Positions 1 through 10,393 of a stretch of DNA of 64,000 bases are shown one piece after another (position 1 is the first letter of the stretch; each line of letters starts with the position of its first letter). The position numbers were made by a program, and so were the translations under genes. The notes under the pieces are model-generated. The model was not told where the DNA came from, made no database searches, and was given only the letters and a program-made list of their open reading frames with translations. The DNA is from Candidatus Marinacidobacterales bacterium (GTDB taxonomy: Bacteria; Acidobacteriota; Vicinamibacteria; Marinacidobacterales; SMYC01): NCBI GenBank assembly GCA_965237955.1, contig OZ250169.1, positions 8,000,001 to 8,064,000 on the forward strand, in the 5' to 3' direction.

Positions 1-700
1 TTGGCTCTACCATCGCTTTTGTTTGAGCTTTCGAGATGTAGAGGACCTCCTTGCCCAGCGCGGGATCACCGTCTCGTATGAAGCGATCCGACTTTGGTGC
101 ATCAAGTTCGGTCCAGAATACGCTCGCGGGCTGAAGCGACGGCAAGGTCGCCTCGGCGATACGTGGCACCTGGACGAGGTGTTTGTAACCATCCAGGGTC
201 AACGGCAGTATCTCTGGCGTGCGGTGGACCAAGATGGCGACGTCATCGATATCCTCGTCCAGCCTCGACGCGATCGGCGAGCCGCTAAACGCTTCTTTTG
301 TAAGCTGCTGAAGGGGCAGGGCCGGCCACCCTGGCGGCTCGTCACCGACAAGCTGAGAAGCTACAGCGCCGCTCACCGCGAGGTCATGCCATCCGTCGTC
401 CACTGCACCGACCAGTACCAAAACAATAGAGCCGAGGTCTCGCACGAGCCGACGCGGCAACGTGAACGGCAAATGCGACGGTTCAAATCTCCGGGTCAAG
501 CCCAGCGATTCTTGTCCGTTCATGGACTTGTCCAAAACCTCTTCCGCGTCGGACGACACCTGTTGCAAGCGCGTCATCACCGACAGCTTCGAGGTCGCGC
601 GTTCCTCGCTTGGGACGCAGTAACGTGAGCGGCATGACCCGAACGGAGACGTCATGCCGACGGCACCGGCTTGCTCTCGCAACGTCAACTTGACAGTACC
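1..700 (+). mobile_element. IS6-family element, left part outside window
   Basis: IS6-type transposase; right IR AACTTGACAGTACC (rc GGTACTGTCAAGTT) ends at 700. Confidence 0.9.
2..628 (+). CDS. IS6-family DDE transposase (5' partial)
   Basis: LSFRDVEDLL, WHLDEVFV, YLWRAVD, LVTDKL, NNRAE motifs. Confidence 0.92.
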   Translation, partial: WLYHRFCLSFRDVEDLLAQRGITVSYEAIRLWCIKFGPEYARGLKRRQGRLGDTWHLDEVFVTIQGQRQYLWRAVDQDGDVIDILVQPRRDRRAAKRFFCKLLKGQGRPPWRLVTDKLRSYSAAHREVMPSVVHCTDQYQNNRAEVSHEPTRQRERQMRRFKSPGQAQRFLSVHGLVQNLFRVGRHLLQARHHRQLRGRAFLAWDAVT

Positions 701-759
701 TTCGGAATGGATGTTCACCTTCGGCTGGAATCTGCGTTCACGATGCCCCGGAATACGCA
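701..759 (-). mobile_element. Orphan IS21 left-end remnant
   Basis: Near-identical to 44835-44893 (ends ...GGAATACGCA); cut by the IS6 end. Confidence 0.85.
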
Positions 760-1711
760 GCAAGCTGCTCTCCGACACTGGCCTCCACCAATCAGCCTCA
801 AACTGGCCCAAATTCCCTGTCATGGTTTCCAGACTCGGATAGCTCCTTGTACTGGACCGTCTGCGGAGTCATCTTCGTTTCCTCCGTAAAACTCCGCTGG
901 ATGAATTCGAGGTTTGGCCAATTCGAATTCCGCTATTCGCCTTCTCCTCAGGCGCGATCTAGGCGTTAAGCGTCTTCTCATTGTCTGCACGATTAAGCGC
1001 AAAAACGTCCCGATAAGCCCCCAAATAGCACCAAATTGCCCGTTGATGGCCTGTTTTGCTCTCTTTCTGATAATTTCCAGCCAAGAACCGGAAGCTCCAC
1101 TCAAGCCTCCCGACTGCGATAGCCGGAAAGATGTTCCCGTCGACGAATATTCGCTGATGAGACGTAAAGCTTTTTATAACAATGAGTAACGGCCGGCGGT
1201 GGCGCCGGAGGGTTCACGACACGACCTTCTTTCAGGCGTCCGGGAGATTGAAATTGCCGTATAGAAAATCTTACTAAAGCCAATTAAAATCCAGGCTCGA
1301 ACGACCACCCGTCGATAATGCGTGCGGGGACCAGCACGTGACGGAGGCCGTTAAATCACTGTAGGGGAAGAGGATGGAACGAAATGGGCAGCATGGTTGA
1401 AACCCGAGAGGGCGTAAAACAGCCTTCTCCCAAAACCTGTGTACGCGTCAAGAAAGTCAAGAAATGCGCGAAACTCGAAACCTCCTAAATCTCCACTTAT
1501 TTTTCTCTTTGAGGATTTCCGCCAAAAGCTGGACCGCCTTTTGCCGAGACCGGCTAGTCCCCTGGATCTTTGATTACTATACAAAGTTAGGCTTTTCGCC
1601 AGCCCATAAGATTCATAAGATTCATGCACTTAGAAGGGTTTCGGCAAGCTCTGCTTTATCTAGTTTGTTCTGATACAGGGGACTAGCTCCAAACTGCACC
1701 ATCCGCCACCC
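757..1711 (+). repeat. Copy 1 of ~830-bp region found downstream of the serine recombinase; carries a MITE insertion
   Basis: Near-identical to 53518-54343 apart from the insertion at 1554-1686. Confidence 0.93.
1554..1686 (+). mobile_element. 133-bp CTAG MITE, copy 1
   Basis: CTAGTCCCCTG...CAGGGGACTAG termini; absent from the homologous region at ~54315. Confidence 0.93.
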
Positions 1712-1848
1712 CGTCCTGTGCCAAAACTCGGCCCTTTTGAAATAGGCCATAAATCAGCAACTTAGTGTCTGTGTTTGCGACCGGGCCAAGGGCCGTGGGC
1801 TTTACAATCATCTTGGGCGGGGGCGGGTCGTCACCATGCAGATGACCA
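1712..1848 (+). mobile_element. Orphan type-A left-end variant
   Basis: Starts CGTCCTGTGCCAAAACTCGGCCC; matches the rc of ~60985-61120; truncated by a second A end. Confidence 0.85.
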
Positions 1849-2219
1849 CGTCCTGTGCCAAAACTCGGCCCTTTTGAAATAGACCACAAATCAGCGGCTT
1901 AGACGCCCTTGGAATCCGCGCAGAATCGAGGGTATTTCGTGCTGCCGGGCTGTCTTCCGAGCGACAGGCCCACCGGGGGTACGCACGGCTGGCTCAAATC
2001 AGCTGCGGGGCGAGCTACGGGCAGTGAATTTCGCACCCGGAAGTTGCGGACCTAGCTTCTCGCGGGGAACAACGCGTTCTTTCTCGAGCACGTTATTGCG
2101 TCGGTGGCCCGGCAGCGACAGAGTGCAGAACCTCCACCGAGGCGAACACGAGTTCGCAGGACCTCAACTCCCATGGCTGTCTGCCCGTCAATTCGCGATC
2201 TTCTTTTTTGCGGATCACA
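1849..2219. mobile_element. Non-coding hybrid segment bounded by a type-A right end and a type-B end
   Basis: 1849-2044 matches 51183-51339 and rc 7238-7354; ends TTTTTTGCGGATCACA (B end). Confidence 0.65.
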
Positions 2220-2320
2220 GCGGTACAATGAGCCCACCCACCCCCGCTTGCGGGTGTGGGTTGGCCGAGCCGCCGGGTCTGGGGCGATGTACGGGGTGAA
2301 GTCAAGGTTAATGCTCAACT

Positions 2321-2654
2321 ATGAAGACAGGACGCTTTCGCTTAGCGCTGAGTAAACTGCAACCCTCCGATTGGGACCAGTTCGAGCACCTCGCCTCGAT
2401 CTATCTTGCGTCGGAGTTCCCGGGCCTTCGAACCCTTGCAACCCCGTCGGGAGACTCTGGTCGTGACGGAACGCTCTTCGCACCAAAAGGCGATGCCGTT
2501 GTGTTTCAATACTCGATATCGCAGGACTGGCGGCAGAAGATCCGACGCACAGTAAAGCGTCTAAACGAGGAGTTCCCGGAAACGGCGCGTGTCCTGGTGT
2601 ACGTCTCGAATTGCCGAATTGGTGCTGATGCGGACGAGTTCAAGCAGGAGTTAC
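2321..2654 (+). pseudogene. N-terminal fragment of restriction endonuclease-like (Mrr/PD-(D/E)xK) protein
   Basis: WDQFEHLAS...SGDSGRDG...FQYS pattern; frame runs into unrelated sequence near 2655. Confidence 0.55.
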
Positions 2655-2739
2655 ACGTACACATCACCAACAGCAAACAGCGCAAGCACCCTTTAATGTA
2701 AAGGGTGGGAACGTTCGATAGTGCAAACAGGAGATTCTG

Positions 2740-3942
2740 ATGCTGCACATGCTAGCCCACACCACCCGGAGCGCTGTCGCGGCCCTCGTCGTCGCGATGC
2801 TCCTGCCTGCCCTGCTACACGCCGAGACGTCCCAGGCACCCGACGGCCTGCTACCGGTCGAGGCCCTTTCGCCTGGATTCCTGGGCATGTATCGCAAGGT
2901 CATGGAGGTCGAGGACGACATCTCCAAGTATGCCGACAAGTACGACGTTGACCTGACGTTGGCACGCGCCCTGTGCATCCAAGAATCTGGGGGCAACGCG
3001 AACCTGAACTCGTGGGCCGGCGCGAAAGGCTACTTCCAGGTCATGCCATCCACATTCCGGACGCTGAAGGTCAAGACGAACATCGAGGCGGGCATCAAGT
3101 ACTTGTCGCAGATGATCCGGCGGTTCGACCGTGAGGACTACGCGGTTGGCGCATACAACGGTGGGCCGGGGCGGGTCGCCCGCGGCCGTCCTTTGCTCGA
3201 AACCCTGCAGTACATCCTGTTCGTAGGCCAGTACCGCAACGTCCTGAAGCTGCACGAGCCGTCGGTCCGGCATCACGCGTCCCAAATGCAGCTTGACGAG
3301 GTCCGTGAGGGCGACGACTGGTGGACGATCTCCGAACGGCTTGATGTGTCGGTGTTGCAGCTCCGCATGCACAACCCGTTTCTGGCAACCCGCGCGCTGA
3401 GAGTCGGACAACTCGTCGCGTTCCCGCCGACGCCGCGCACGGGTCTGTTCGTGTCCAATGGCGAGGGACTTGAGTATCGGACCCGCCACGGAGATAACTA
3501 CCTGCTCCTGTCGTTCGTCCTCGACGTGGACCGAGACGCGCTGCGCGATCAGAACGGGCTCTGGCGCCTGCAGACACTTCCGGCCGACCAAGTGCTACAG
3601 ATTCCGCTGACCTGGAAGGGAAAGTACAACGAGTACGAGACGAAGCCGGGTGACACCCTGAGGTCGGTGGCCAAGGTGATGAAGTCTCAGCCGTGGCGGA
3701 TCATCCGGGACAACAACTTGTTCTGGGACGAGACGCTTCGGCCCGGTACGGTGCTCAAGGTGAGACCATCGCCGCCCAATCCAACCTACGCCACCCACAA
3801 GGTGTCGCGCGGCGACACCCTCCTGGGCCTCGCGAGCAAGTACGGCACGAGCGTCCGAGCGATCCAGGCCTCCAACAACATGGGGCGTAAGACCACAATC
3901 CGAATCGGACATCGCCTTCGGGTGCCGACGCGCGCCAAATAG
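2740..3942 (+). CDS. Secreted lytic transglycosylase (SLT) with multiple LysM domains
   Basis: Signal peptide, QESGG catalytic motif, GYFQVMP, AYNGGPG, LysM repeats (GDTL..., HKVSRGDTL...KYGTSV). Confidence 0.9.
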   Translation: MLHMLAHTTRSAVAALVVAMLLPALLHAETSQAPDGLLPVEALSPGFLGMYRKVMEVEDDISKYADKYDVDLTLARALCIQESGGNANLNSWAGAKGYFQVMPSTFRTLKVKTNIEAGIKYLSQMIRRFDREDYAVGAYNGGPGRVARGRPLLETLQYILFVGQYRNVLKLHEPSVRHHASQMQLDEVREGDDWWTISERLDVSVLQLRMHNPFLATRALRVGQLVAFPPTPRTGLFVSNGEGLEYRTRHGDNYLLLSFVLDVDRDALRDQNGLWRLQTLPADQVLQIPLTWKGKYNEYETKPGDTLRSVAKVMKSQPWRIIRDNNLFWDETLRPGTVLKVRPSPPNPTYATHKVSRGDTLLGLASKYGTSVRAIQASNNMGRKTTIRIGHRLRVPTRAK

Positions 3943-3974
3943 AGGAGCGGGCCGTGCGGCAGCAGAAAAGAGGC

Positions 3975-4010
3975 TGTGCTCCGCAAAAAAGTCGATCCGG
4001 CGTTGATTGC
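3975..4010 (+). mobile_element. 36-bp type-B left-end remnant
   Basis: TGTGCTCCGCAAAAAAGTCGATCCGGCGTTGATTGC, same as the ends at 9126 and rc 21788. Confidence 0.85.
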
Positions 4011-4633
4011 TCGACGAGGACGGACAGGTAGACTTCAAGGGCAAGGCTAAGGCGTTCGAGCGCGCGTACGGCTTCCTCGCCTCAATCCTGCCATACACGC
4101 ACGCCGAGTGGGAGAAGCTCTCGATCTTCCTGAACTTCCTCGTGCCGAAGCTTCCCGCGCCTGTGGAAGAGGATCTGTCCAAAGGCATCCTTGAGTCCAT
4201 CGATATGGACAGCTACCGGGTCGAGAAGAAGGCGGCGATACATGTCCAACTGGCGGACGAGGATGCTGAGATCAAGCCGGTTCCGACTACCGGCGGCGGC
4301 CACAGACCGGAAGCCGAACTCGACCGGCTCTCGAACATCCTCAAGAGCTTCAACGACCAGTTCGGTAACATCCCCTGGACCGACGGCGACCGCATCCACC
4401 GACTCATTACGGAGGAAATTCCGAACCACGTGGCGGCCGACCGGGCCTACCAGAACGCCAAGCAGAACTCCGACAAGCAGAACGCGCGGATCGAGCACGA
4501 CAAGGCGCTCCGGCGGGTGATGACGGCGCTGCTGCAGGACGACACGGAGTTGTTCAAGCAGTTCAGCGACAACGAGTCGTTCCGGCGGTGGCTGACGGAC
4601 ACGATCTTCGCGATCACCTACAAGGCCGCGTAG
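4011..4633 (+). pseudogene. hsdR: C-terminal fragment of type I restriction subunit R
   Basis: DEDGQVDFKGKAKAF...LSNILKSFNDQFG...ELFKQFSDNESFRRWL typical of HsdR C-termini; no N-terminus. Confidence 0.8.
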
Positions 4634-4745
4634 GAGGTGCGGGGGCTCGGGCTCCCGAGCTGGCTGACGATGGAGGGTGCGCGGACCCTCTCAAGCATTG
4701 CCGGACCCTGATTGAGGCCGAATCCGAGGCAAGTAAGGACACTAA

Positions 4746-5864
4746 GGGCCGGCGACAAAATAAGTTCCCGTTTTCAAGACGGTCGGATGGTGTAGTTCCA
4801 TTTGGGTAGAGTCTGGTCCTTTGTAACGGAAAGCGCCTGCATCCGCTCGTCAGTGATTTTGACGCCCTTCGGATAACGACGCCGGATAAGGTGTGCGCGT
4901 ACTCGCAAACCGGAAGAGGTGGTGGTCGTGCGGATGTATTTGAGGATGGTTTCGTAGCTGTCGAGAGGCCTGCCCGCCCAGTTCTTGCTGATCTCGCTGA
5001 ACAGACGGTGCTCCACTGGATTCCACTTGGATGTACCGGACGGATAGTGGGCTATGGTGATAGCGATGTCGTGGCGATTGCAAATCCGCGTTTGAAGCCC
5101 GTGCTTCCAACCCCGACACCGATAGCCATTGCTGCCCCCGGCGTCTGCCAATATCGCGAGGCACGGGCTGCAGGATAGCGTCGCCGTCCTTCCGTTCGCC
5201 ACCACTTCTCGATGGCATTCACGGCGAAGTCCGGGGTGTTGTACGAGGTACCAATGAACACTGTCCCGCGGTTCGCGAGCAGATCGTAGACGCCGTAGGG
5301 GATTGCGATGCCGTTCGATTCGGAACGGAAGTCATGGTCTTTGACGAGAGTCGGCTCGCGGTTCCAGGCCTGCCCGCCGTTTTTGAATAATCCCACCAGC
5401 TCCCGTTTCTTCGTGTCTACGCTGATGATGGGATGACCAGCTGCGGCAAAACGCTCGCGCAGTTCGGCGATACACGCGAATTGGGTATCGCGATCTTCGG
5501 ACGTGGCACCGCATAGCTTCTTGTGGTTCACCCGCAACGAGAAGCCGAGCTGTTTGAGCAGTCGACCGACGGTTTTGCTGCTGACGTTCACACCGAGGCT
5601 TCTTAGCTCGCAAGCAATCTTGTCGGTGGTCCGCCGCGTCCATTTCACTCCCGTCATCGGATCGCCCGCGGTGTCGTGCTTCATGAGTTCTTCGATCTTG
5701 GCGATGACTTCTGGCGTTTTTTTTGCACGGCGCGCCGTCCGCCACCCTTTCGCCGAACTCCGTCGAGCTCAACATCTCTCATTAGCAATTCCCTACGACC
5801 TCTGGCTACCGTGCTCGGATCCATCCCGAGCAGTTCGGCAATCTGTTGGTCGCCACCGTGACCG
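4746..5864 (-). mobile_element. ISAzo13-family element, 3' part only, extra frameshift near 5160
   Basis: ISVDTKKRELVG and SKWNPVEHRLFS motifs; IR GGGCCGGCGACAAAATAA at 4746; near-identical to the copy at 40247; truncated by A end at 5865. Confidence 0.9.
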
Positions 5865-5996
5865 CGTCCTGTGCCAAAACTCGGCCCTTTTGAAATAGCC
5901 CATAAATCAACAGCTTAGAGTCTGTGTTTTGCGACCGGGTCAAGGGCCGTGGGCTTCACAATCGTCTGGTCCGAGGGTGTTATCTTCGAAGCCATC

Positions 5997-7064
5997 ATGA
6001 CGTACCACGTACAATTCTTACTGCTCGTTCTGGCTGGCTGGGTCAACCGCCAGCAGCAGGATGTGATTGACTACCTGCGAGAGGAGAACCGTGTGCTCCG
6101 GGGCGGGCTTCGGGGCAAGCGTCTCAGGCTCTCTGACGACGACCGGCGCAGGCTCGCCGTCAAGGCTCAGGCTTTGGGCCGCGAGGTGCTGGCCGAGATT
6201 GCCTCCGTTGCCACACCCGCTACGCTACTGCGCTGGTACCGCTACCTCATCGCAGCCAAGTACGATGGCAGCAAGAACCGGAGTCCAGGCCGACCTCCGA
6301 CGGCGAAGGACATCCGTGAGCTCATGATACGCGTGGCGCGGGAGAACCCGGCGTGGGGCTATACGCGCCTACAGGGCGCACTCAAGAACCTCGGACATGA
6401 ACTCGGACGCAACACCATCAAGAGGGTCCTCGCTGAGCACGGTATCGCGCCTGCCCCGGAGCGGGGCAAGAGCATGTCGTGGAGCAACTTCATCAAAGCT
6501 CATGGGGGCGCTATCGCTGCGACAGACCTGTTCACCGTCGAGGTGGTGAACCCGTTCGGGCTCGTCCGCTACCATGTCCTGTTTGTCATCGATATCGTCA
6601 CTCGCTGCGTGTGCATCGGTGGGATAACTTCGGACCCCAACGGAGAGTGGATGAAGCAGGTGGCAAGAAACCTCACGGACATGTGGGATGGTTTTCTCCT
6701 TGGCAAGCGATACCTCATCCACGACCGGGACCCGCTATTCACCGAGGCGGTACGTGGACTCTTGAGAGATTCAGGCGTGAAGCCCCTGCGCCTTCCCGCC
6801 AATAGTCCGAATCTGAACGCATACGCGGAAAGATTCATTCTCTCCATACGTCGAGAGTGTCTCAACCGTTTCGTACCTCTCAGTGAGGGACACCTGCGGA
6901 CAGCGGTAACCGAATATGTCGTGCACTATCACACCGAACGGAACCACCAAGGCATCGGCAACGAGCTCATCACACCTCTGCCTGCAAGCGTGAAGGACGC
7001 TGGCCCCGTCGTGTCGCGAGAGCGACTTGGAGGCATTCTCAATTACTACTACCGTGCCGCATAG
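5997..7064 (+). CDS. Type-A integrase-core DDE transposase
   Basis: HTH region ([10 protein letters not shown]), TDLF / HDRD / NAYAERF catalytic triad, [18 protein letters not shown]. Confidence 0.9.
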   Translation: MTYHVQFLLLVLAGWVNRQQQDVIDYLREENRVLRGGLRGKRLRLSDDDRRRLAVKAQALGREVLAEIASVATPATLLRWYRYLIAAKYDGSKNRSPGRPPTAKDIRELMIRVARENPAWGYTRLQGALKNLGHELGRNTIKRVLAEHGIAPAPERGKSMSWSNFIKAHGGAIAATDLFTVEVVNPFGLVRYHVLFVIDIVTRCVCIGGITSDPNGEWMKQVARNLTDMWDGFLLGKRYLIHDRDPLFTEAVRGLLRDSGVKPLRLPANSPNLNAYAERFILSIRRECLNRFVPLSEGHLRTAVTEYVVHYHTERNHQGIGNELITPLPASVKDAGPVVSRERLGGILNYYYRAA

Positions 7065-7145
7065 ATTGTCGTCGGCGACGGTCGCCTGTGCCTTCTATTT
7101 ATTCATCCGCGCGCCCCGAACTTGATTGGTCTCCGGTCTGCTGGG

Positions 7146-7237
7146 TGTGCTCCGCAAAAAGTCTATCCGGCGATGATTGCGCGTTTTAGGCCTACTATGG
7201 TCGGCTGCTTTTAGCCGATCTTTTTTTGCGGATCACA
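7146..7237 (+). mobile_element. ~92-bp type-B MITE
   Basis: TGTGCTCCGCAAAAA...TTTTTGCGGATCACA; homologous to 9126-9219 and 50447-50540. Confidence 0.85.
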
Positions 7238-7459
7238 ACAGGTCGGAAGACAGCCCTGCGGCGCGAAATACCCTCGATTCTGAGCGGATTCCAAGGGCGT
7301 CTAAGCTGTTGATTTGTGGTCTATTTCAAAAGGGCCGAGTTTTGACACAGGACGGGATCGACCTCAGCCACGAGCTACTCGACGGGAGCTCCGTCGAGCG
7401 CGAGGCAGTATTAATGAGCAACTACACCGCGCACTTGGACTACTACATGACCGCGACCC

Positions 7460-8366
7460 CGTCCTGTGCCAAAACTCGGCCCTCTTGAAATAGCCGATAA
7501 ATCAGCAGCTTAGCGTCTGTGTTTTGCGATGGTGCCAAGGGCCGTGGCCTTTACAATCGTCTGGCCCGAGGGTGTTCTCTTCGGATCCATCATGACGTAC
7601 CATGTGCAATTCCTACTGTTGGTCAGGCAGCCGTTGTTCGATCGGGCAGCCCTGCCGCTCACACAGAGCCACACGGGTCACGATGGCGACTTTCGCGAGG
7701 CTATTCGACTGGAAGGAAGCCCTTATCGTGGTCAAGCCCGATACGCTCGTTCTGTGGCACAGGAAAGGGTTTCGGCTGTTCTGGCGTTGGAAGTCTCGGC
7801 CAAAAGGACGTCCAACGCTGCCAGAGGAGCTGAAAAACTAATCGCTGAAATGGCGATCGCGAACATCACGTGGGGCGAAGAGAGGATCGCCCAGGAGCTG
7901 CTCGTCAAGCTTGGCGTCCGCGTCTCGCCGCGCACCGTTCGGAAGTACATACCCATTCGAGATGATGGCAGCCCGGACCGGCGCAATGCGTCGCATCGCT
8001 GGGCGACATTCGTGCGGAATCACGCAAAAGCGGTCGTCGCTGCGTATTTTTTTAACGTAGTCACCGTCAGCTTTCGCGTGCTTTAGGTCTTCGTCATCAT
8101 GGAAATCGGCACCCGCAAGATGCTTCACTTCAACGTGACGGCGCATCCGACCGCGGAGTGGACGCTGCAACAGTTCCGGGAGGCGATTGGGTGCGAGCAC
8201 GACTATCGATTCGTCATCGTGGACCGCGATGACAAGTTCTCAGCAGACCTCCGCCGCTCCGTTCGGGGGATGGGTGTTCGGCCGTTGAGGACGCCGCGCA
8301 GAGCACCGCAGGCAAATGCCTATTGTGAGAGACTCATCGGCATCACACGCCGGGAGTGCTTGGATC
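7460..8366 (+). pseudogene. Chimeric element: A left end and first codons fused to a degraded type-B transposase
   Basis: [11 protein letters not shown], then B-type LFDWKEALIVVKPDTL...WGEERIA...ANAYCERLIG with frameshifts and a stop. Confidence 0.8.
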
Positions 8367-8901
8367 AGGAAGCTCTGGCATGATCGTTCACCCAACGCCC
8401 GAGACTTCGCCAGCAGCAAAGAATGTCGTCGTAGCTGTAGTGCGCATTGCGACCACTGGGGTTCGGAAGAACGAACAACCGTGAGCCTCCCAGAATTTCG
8501 CCGCGCGGTCCGCATTGGATGGTCTTCGGTACGCGACCGGCGGAGAGCTCAGGCCAGAACCATCGAAAAACGGTGACACCGAGGAAGCCGATGGCCTTCG
8601 GACGGTAACGCATCACCTTCTCGGCGAGAAGCCTACGCCCTTTCTCGAACTCGACCCGGTCGAGTTCCGAGCTCCCACGCGACGCCCTCGCGACGATACT
8701 GGTCAAACCGATACCGAACTCGGGCAGACGCAAGTCATCCTCGTAGGTCATGAGCCGCGGGACCAGTCCGGACTCGTGCAGCAACCTCCAGAACTTGTTT
8801 CCACGGCCGGCAAAGTGATGGCCAAGCTCATCGGATCGCTTCCCTGGATTGATCCCGACCAGCAGGACATCGAGGCCGTGGGAAAGGTAGTCCGGTAACA
8901 C
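8365..8901 (-). CDS. mug: Mismatch-specific uracil/thymine DNA glycosylase (UDG family 2)
   Basis: LLVGINPG, HHFAGRGNKFW, LPNPSGRN motifs. Confidence 0.88.
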   Translation of the reverse strand: MLPDYLSHGLDVLLVGINPGKRSDELGHHFAGRGNKFWRLLHESGLVPRLMTYEDDLRLPEFGIGLTSIVARASRGSSELDRVEFEKGRRLLAEKVMRYRPKAIGFLGVTVFRWFWPELSAGRVPKTIQCGPRGEILGGSRLFVLPNPSGRNAHYSYDDILCCWRSLGRWVNDHARAS

Positions 8902-8924
8902 TCGGAAAGCATAGCGCAGGGCGG

Positions 8925-9125
8925 TGTGCTCCGTAAAAAGTCGTTCCAGCGTTGATTGCGCGGTTTAGAGCTGCCATGCTCGGCTGCTTCGTGCTGGTCG
9001 ACCGGACGACGCCACCGGCGTTTTAGGGACGTGGAGAAGGCTCGCGCTTGCGACTGTTTTCGGATATCCGGCCTATTCTCCTGGACGCCGTCGCGTTCGC
9101 TCGAAACGTATGCTGCTCGCGCAGC
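8925..9125 (+). mobile_element. Type-B left end plus first ~26 transposase codons
   Basis: TGTGCTCCGTAAAAAG end; MRLFSDIRPILLDAVAFARN resembles the N-terminus of 20574-21668; cut by a MITE. Confidence 0.8.
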
Positions 9126-9219
9126 TGTGCTCCGCAAAAAATCGATCCGGCGTTGATTGCGCGTTCTAGACCTGCTATGTTCGGCTGCTTCTGGCCAATC
9201 TTCTTTTTTGCGGAGCACA
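9126..9219 (+). mobile_element. ~94-bp type-B MITE
   Basis: TIR TGTGCTCCGCAAAAAA / TTTTTTGCGGAGCACA. Confidence 0.88.
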
Positions 9220-9351
9220 GGCCATCGAGGCGTTTATCCGCTAGACCGTATACCGATTCCCGAACGCGAAGCAAACCAGGAGTCCGCTTGATCGGGAGCG
9301 GTCTGGCATATGAACGGAGCGGACGAGACGGGAGCGGGGTAGGGCCGGCAC

Positions 9352-9568
9352 TTCGGGTTCCCCCGTACGCGCAGAGAAACACCATCCAGAAACGGGATAC
9401 CGTGCTCCCTGGGCGAAGACCCTTGGATCCAGGCCCTGGGCAAAGACGGACATCAAGGAGGCCCGGGCCGCACCTGGACCAGAACGTGCTAAGGCCAGCT
9501 CCAGCTACGCGGCGGTAACCTCAGCCTCGATTCTGGTCTCTCGGGTGGCCTCTTTTCCGCTGCCCGCA
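9352..9568 (+). repeat. Conserved ~215-bp non-coding element, copy 1
   Basis: Diverged homologue at rc 54534-54736 with frame-breaking indels. Confidence 0.8.
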
Positions 9569-9799
9569 AGGTATCCTTCTTAGAAATCAAGGATCTTGAG
9601 AATCTTGCGAGCAGATCTGCGCGGTTGGGCCAAGCATCTTGAGGTAGATCCGTGCTTCCAGGCGCGCCGGATCCGTCTTCGTGGTGTTGGCGATTCGACA
9701 ATATCGGCCTTGGTGGCGATGGTATCGGCGAAGATTCGAGCGGCTCGGAGGGGTGCTAGTCGTTAATCCGATGGCGAACCGGGTAGCGATCGTCACCAT

Positions 9800-9880
9800 T
9801 GTTAGCGGCGGCTGTAAATTGCACATTTGTGGCGGACGAAAATTGCACACTCGGCACCCCATGACGAACCCTTAGATGAT
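9800..9880. mobile_element. Orphan terminal sequence of a different IS21-like element
   Basis: TGTTAGCGGCGG end followed by two AAATTGCACA direct repeats, the usual IS21 end architecture. Confidence 0.55.
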
Positions 9881-9931
9881 GGCGGTCGGGGCTCTAAATT
9901 CATTTGGATCAATTAAATGGAAGGGACAGCT

Positions 9932-9949
9932 GAGTTTTGGCACAGGACG
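9932..9949 (-). mobile_element. 18-bp type-A end
   Basis: rc CGTCCTGTGCCAAAACTC; abuts truncated tnpA. Confidence 0.75.
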
Positions 9950-10363
9950 GGATACCGAAATATCGTAAAAAGGTGCTCATCGGTCCGGTAGCGGTTCGTG
10001 TGCGCGATCTCATTCGTCAGATCGCGATGGAACATGAGCTGCACATTATCTCGGGTAAGGTTGCACGCGACCACGTCCACGTCTTCCTGTCCTACCGTCC
10101 GCACCAGGACCTCAGTACGATCGTGCAGTGGCTAAAGGGTATCAGCTCCCGTATACTCCTTCAGGAGTTTGCTCACCTGAGGAAGAAGTTTTGGGGCCGG
10201 CACTTCTGGGCCCGAGGATATCTGGCGGTGAGTTCAGGATCCATAACGGACGAGATGGTAAAGGAGTACATAGACTCCCAGGAGGGTGAGCCCGTTCACG
10301 ACGACAGTCAATTTCCAATTGACAACCCTTGAAGCCACCGCCTTATAGGCGGTGGTTGTTCAC
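9950..10363 (+). mobile_element. tnpA: IS200/IS605-family tnpA, 5'-truncated, with right-end hairpin
   Basis: IPKYRKKVL, HUH motif DHVH, LKGISS, FWARGY, YIDSQ; hairpin CCACCGCCT-TAT-AGGCGGTGG then GTTCAC. Confidence 0.9.
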
Positions 10364-10393
10364 TATCATGTTTCTCATTGAGGAGCGTCTAGT

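Larger units (their letters stand above)
5865..7354 (+). mobile_element. Type-A integrase-core (rve_3-like) IS element with both ends
   Basis: ~50-bp imperfect TIRs CGTCCTGTG(C/T)CAAAACTCGGCCCTTTTGAAATAG...; single transposase ORF; no TSD. Confidence 0.85.

Noticed and set aside
989-1088. DGR template/variable repeat pair with 53750-53849
   Set aside because: Substitutions are not adenine-specific (C/G, C/T and T/G are present) and there is no reverse transcriptase in the window.
5859-7360. 6-bp palindromic TSD (GGATCC-like) for type-A elements
   Set aside because: Paired flanks differ, and the reciprocal NGGTCN reading is never seen among the 12 ends.
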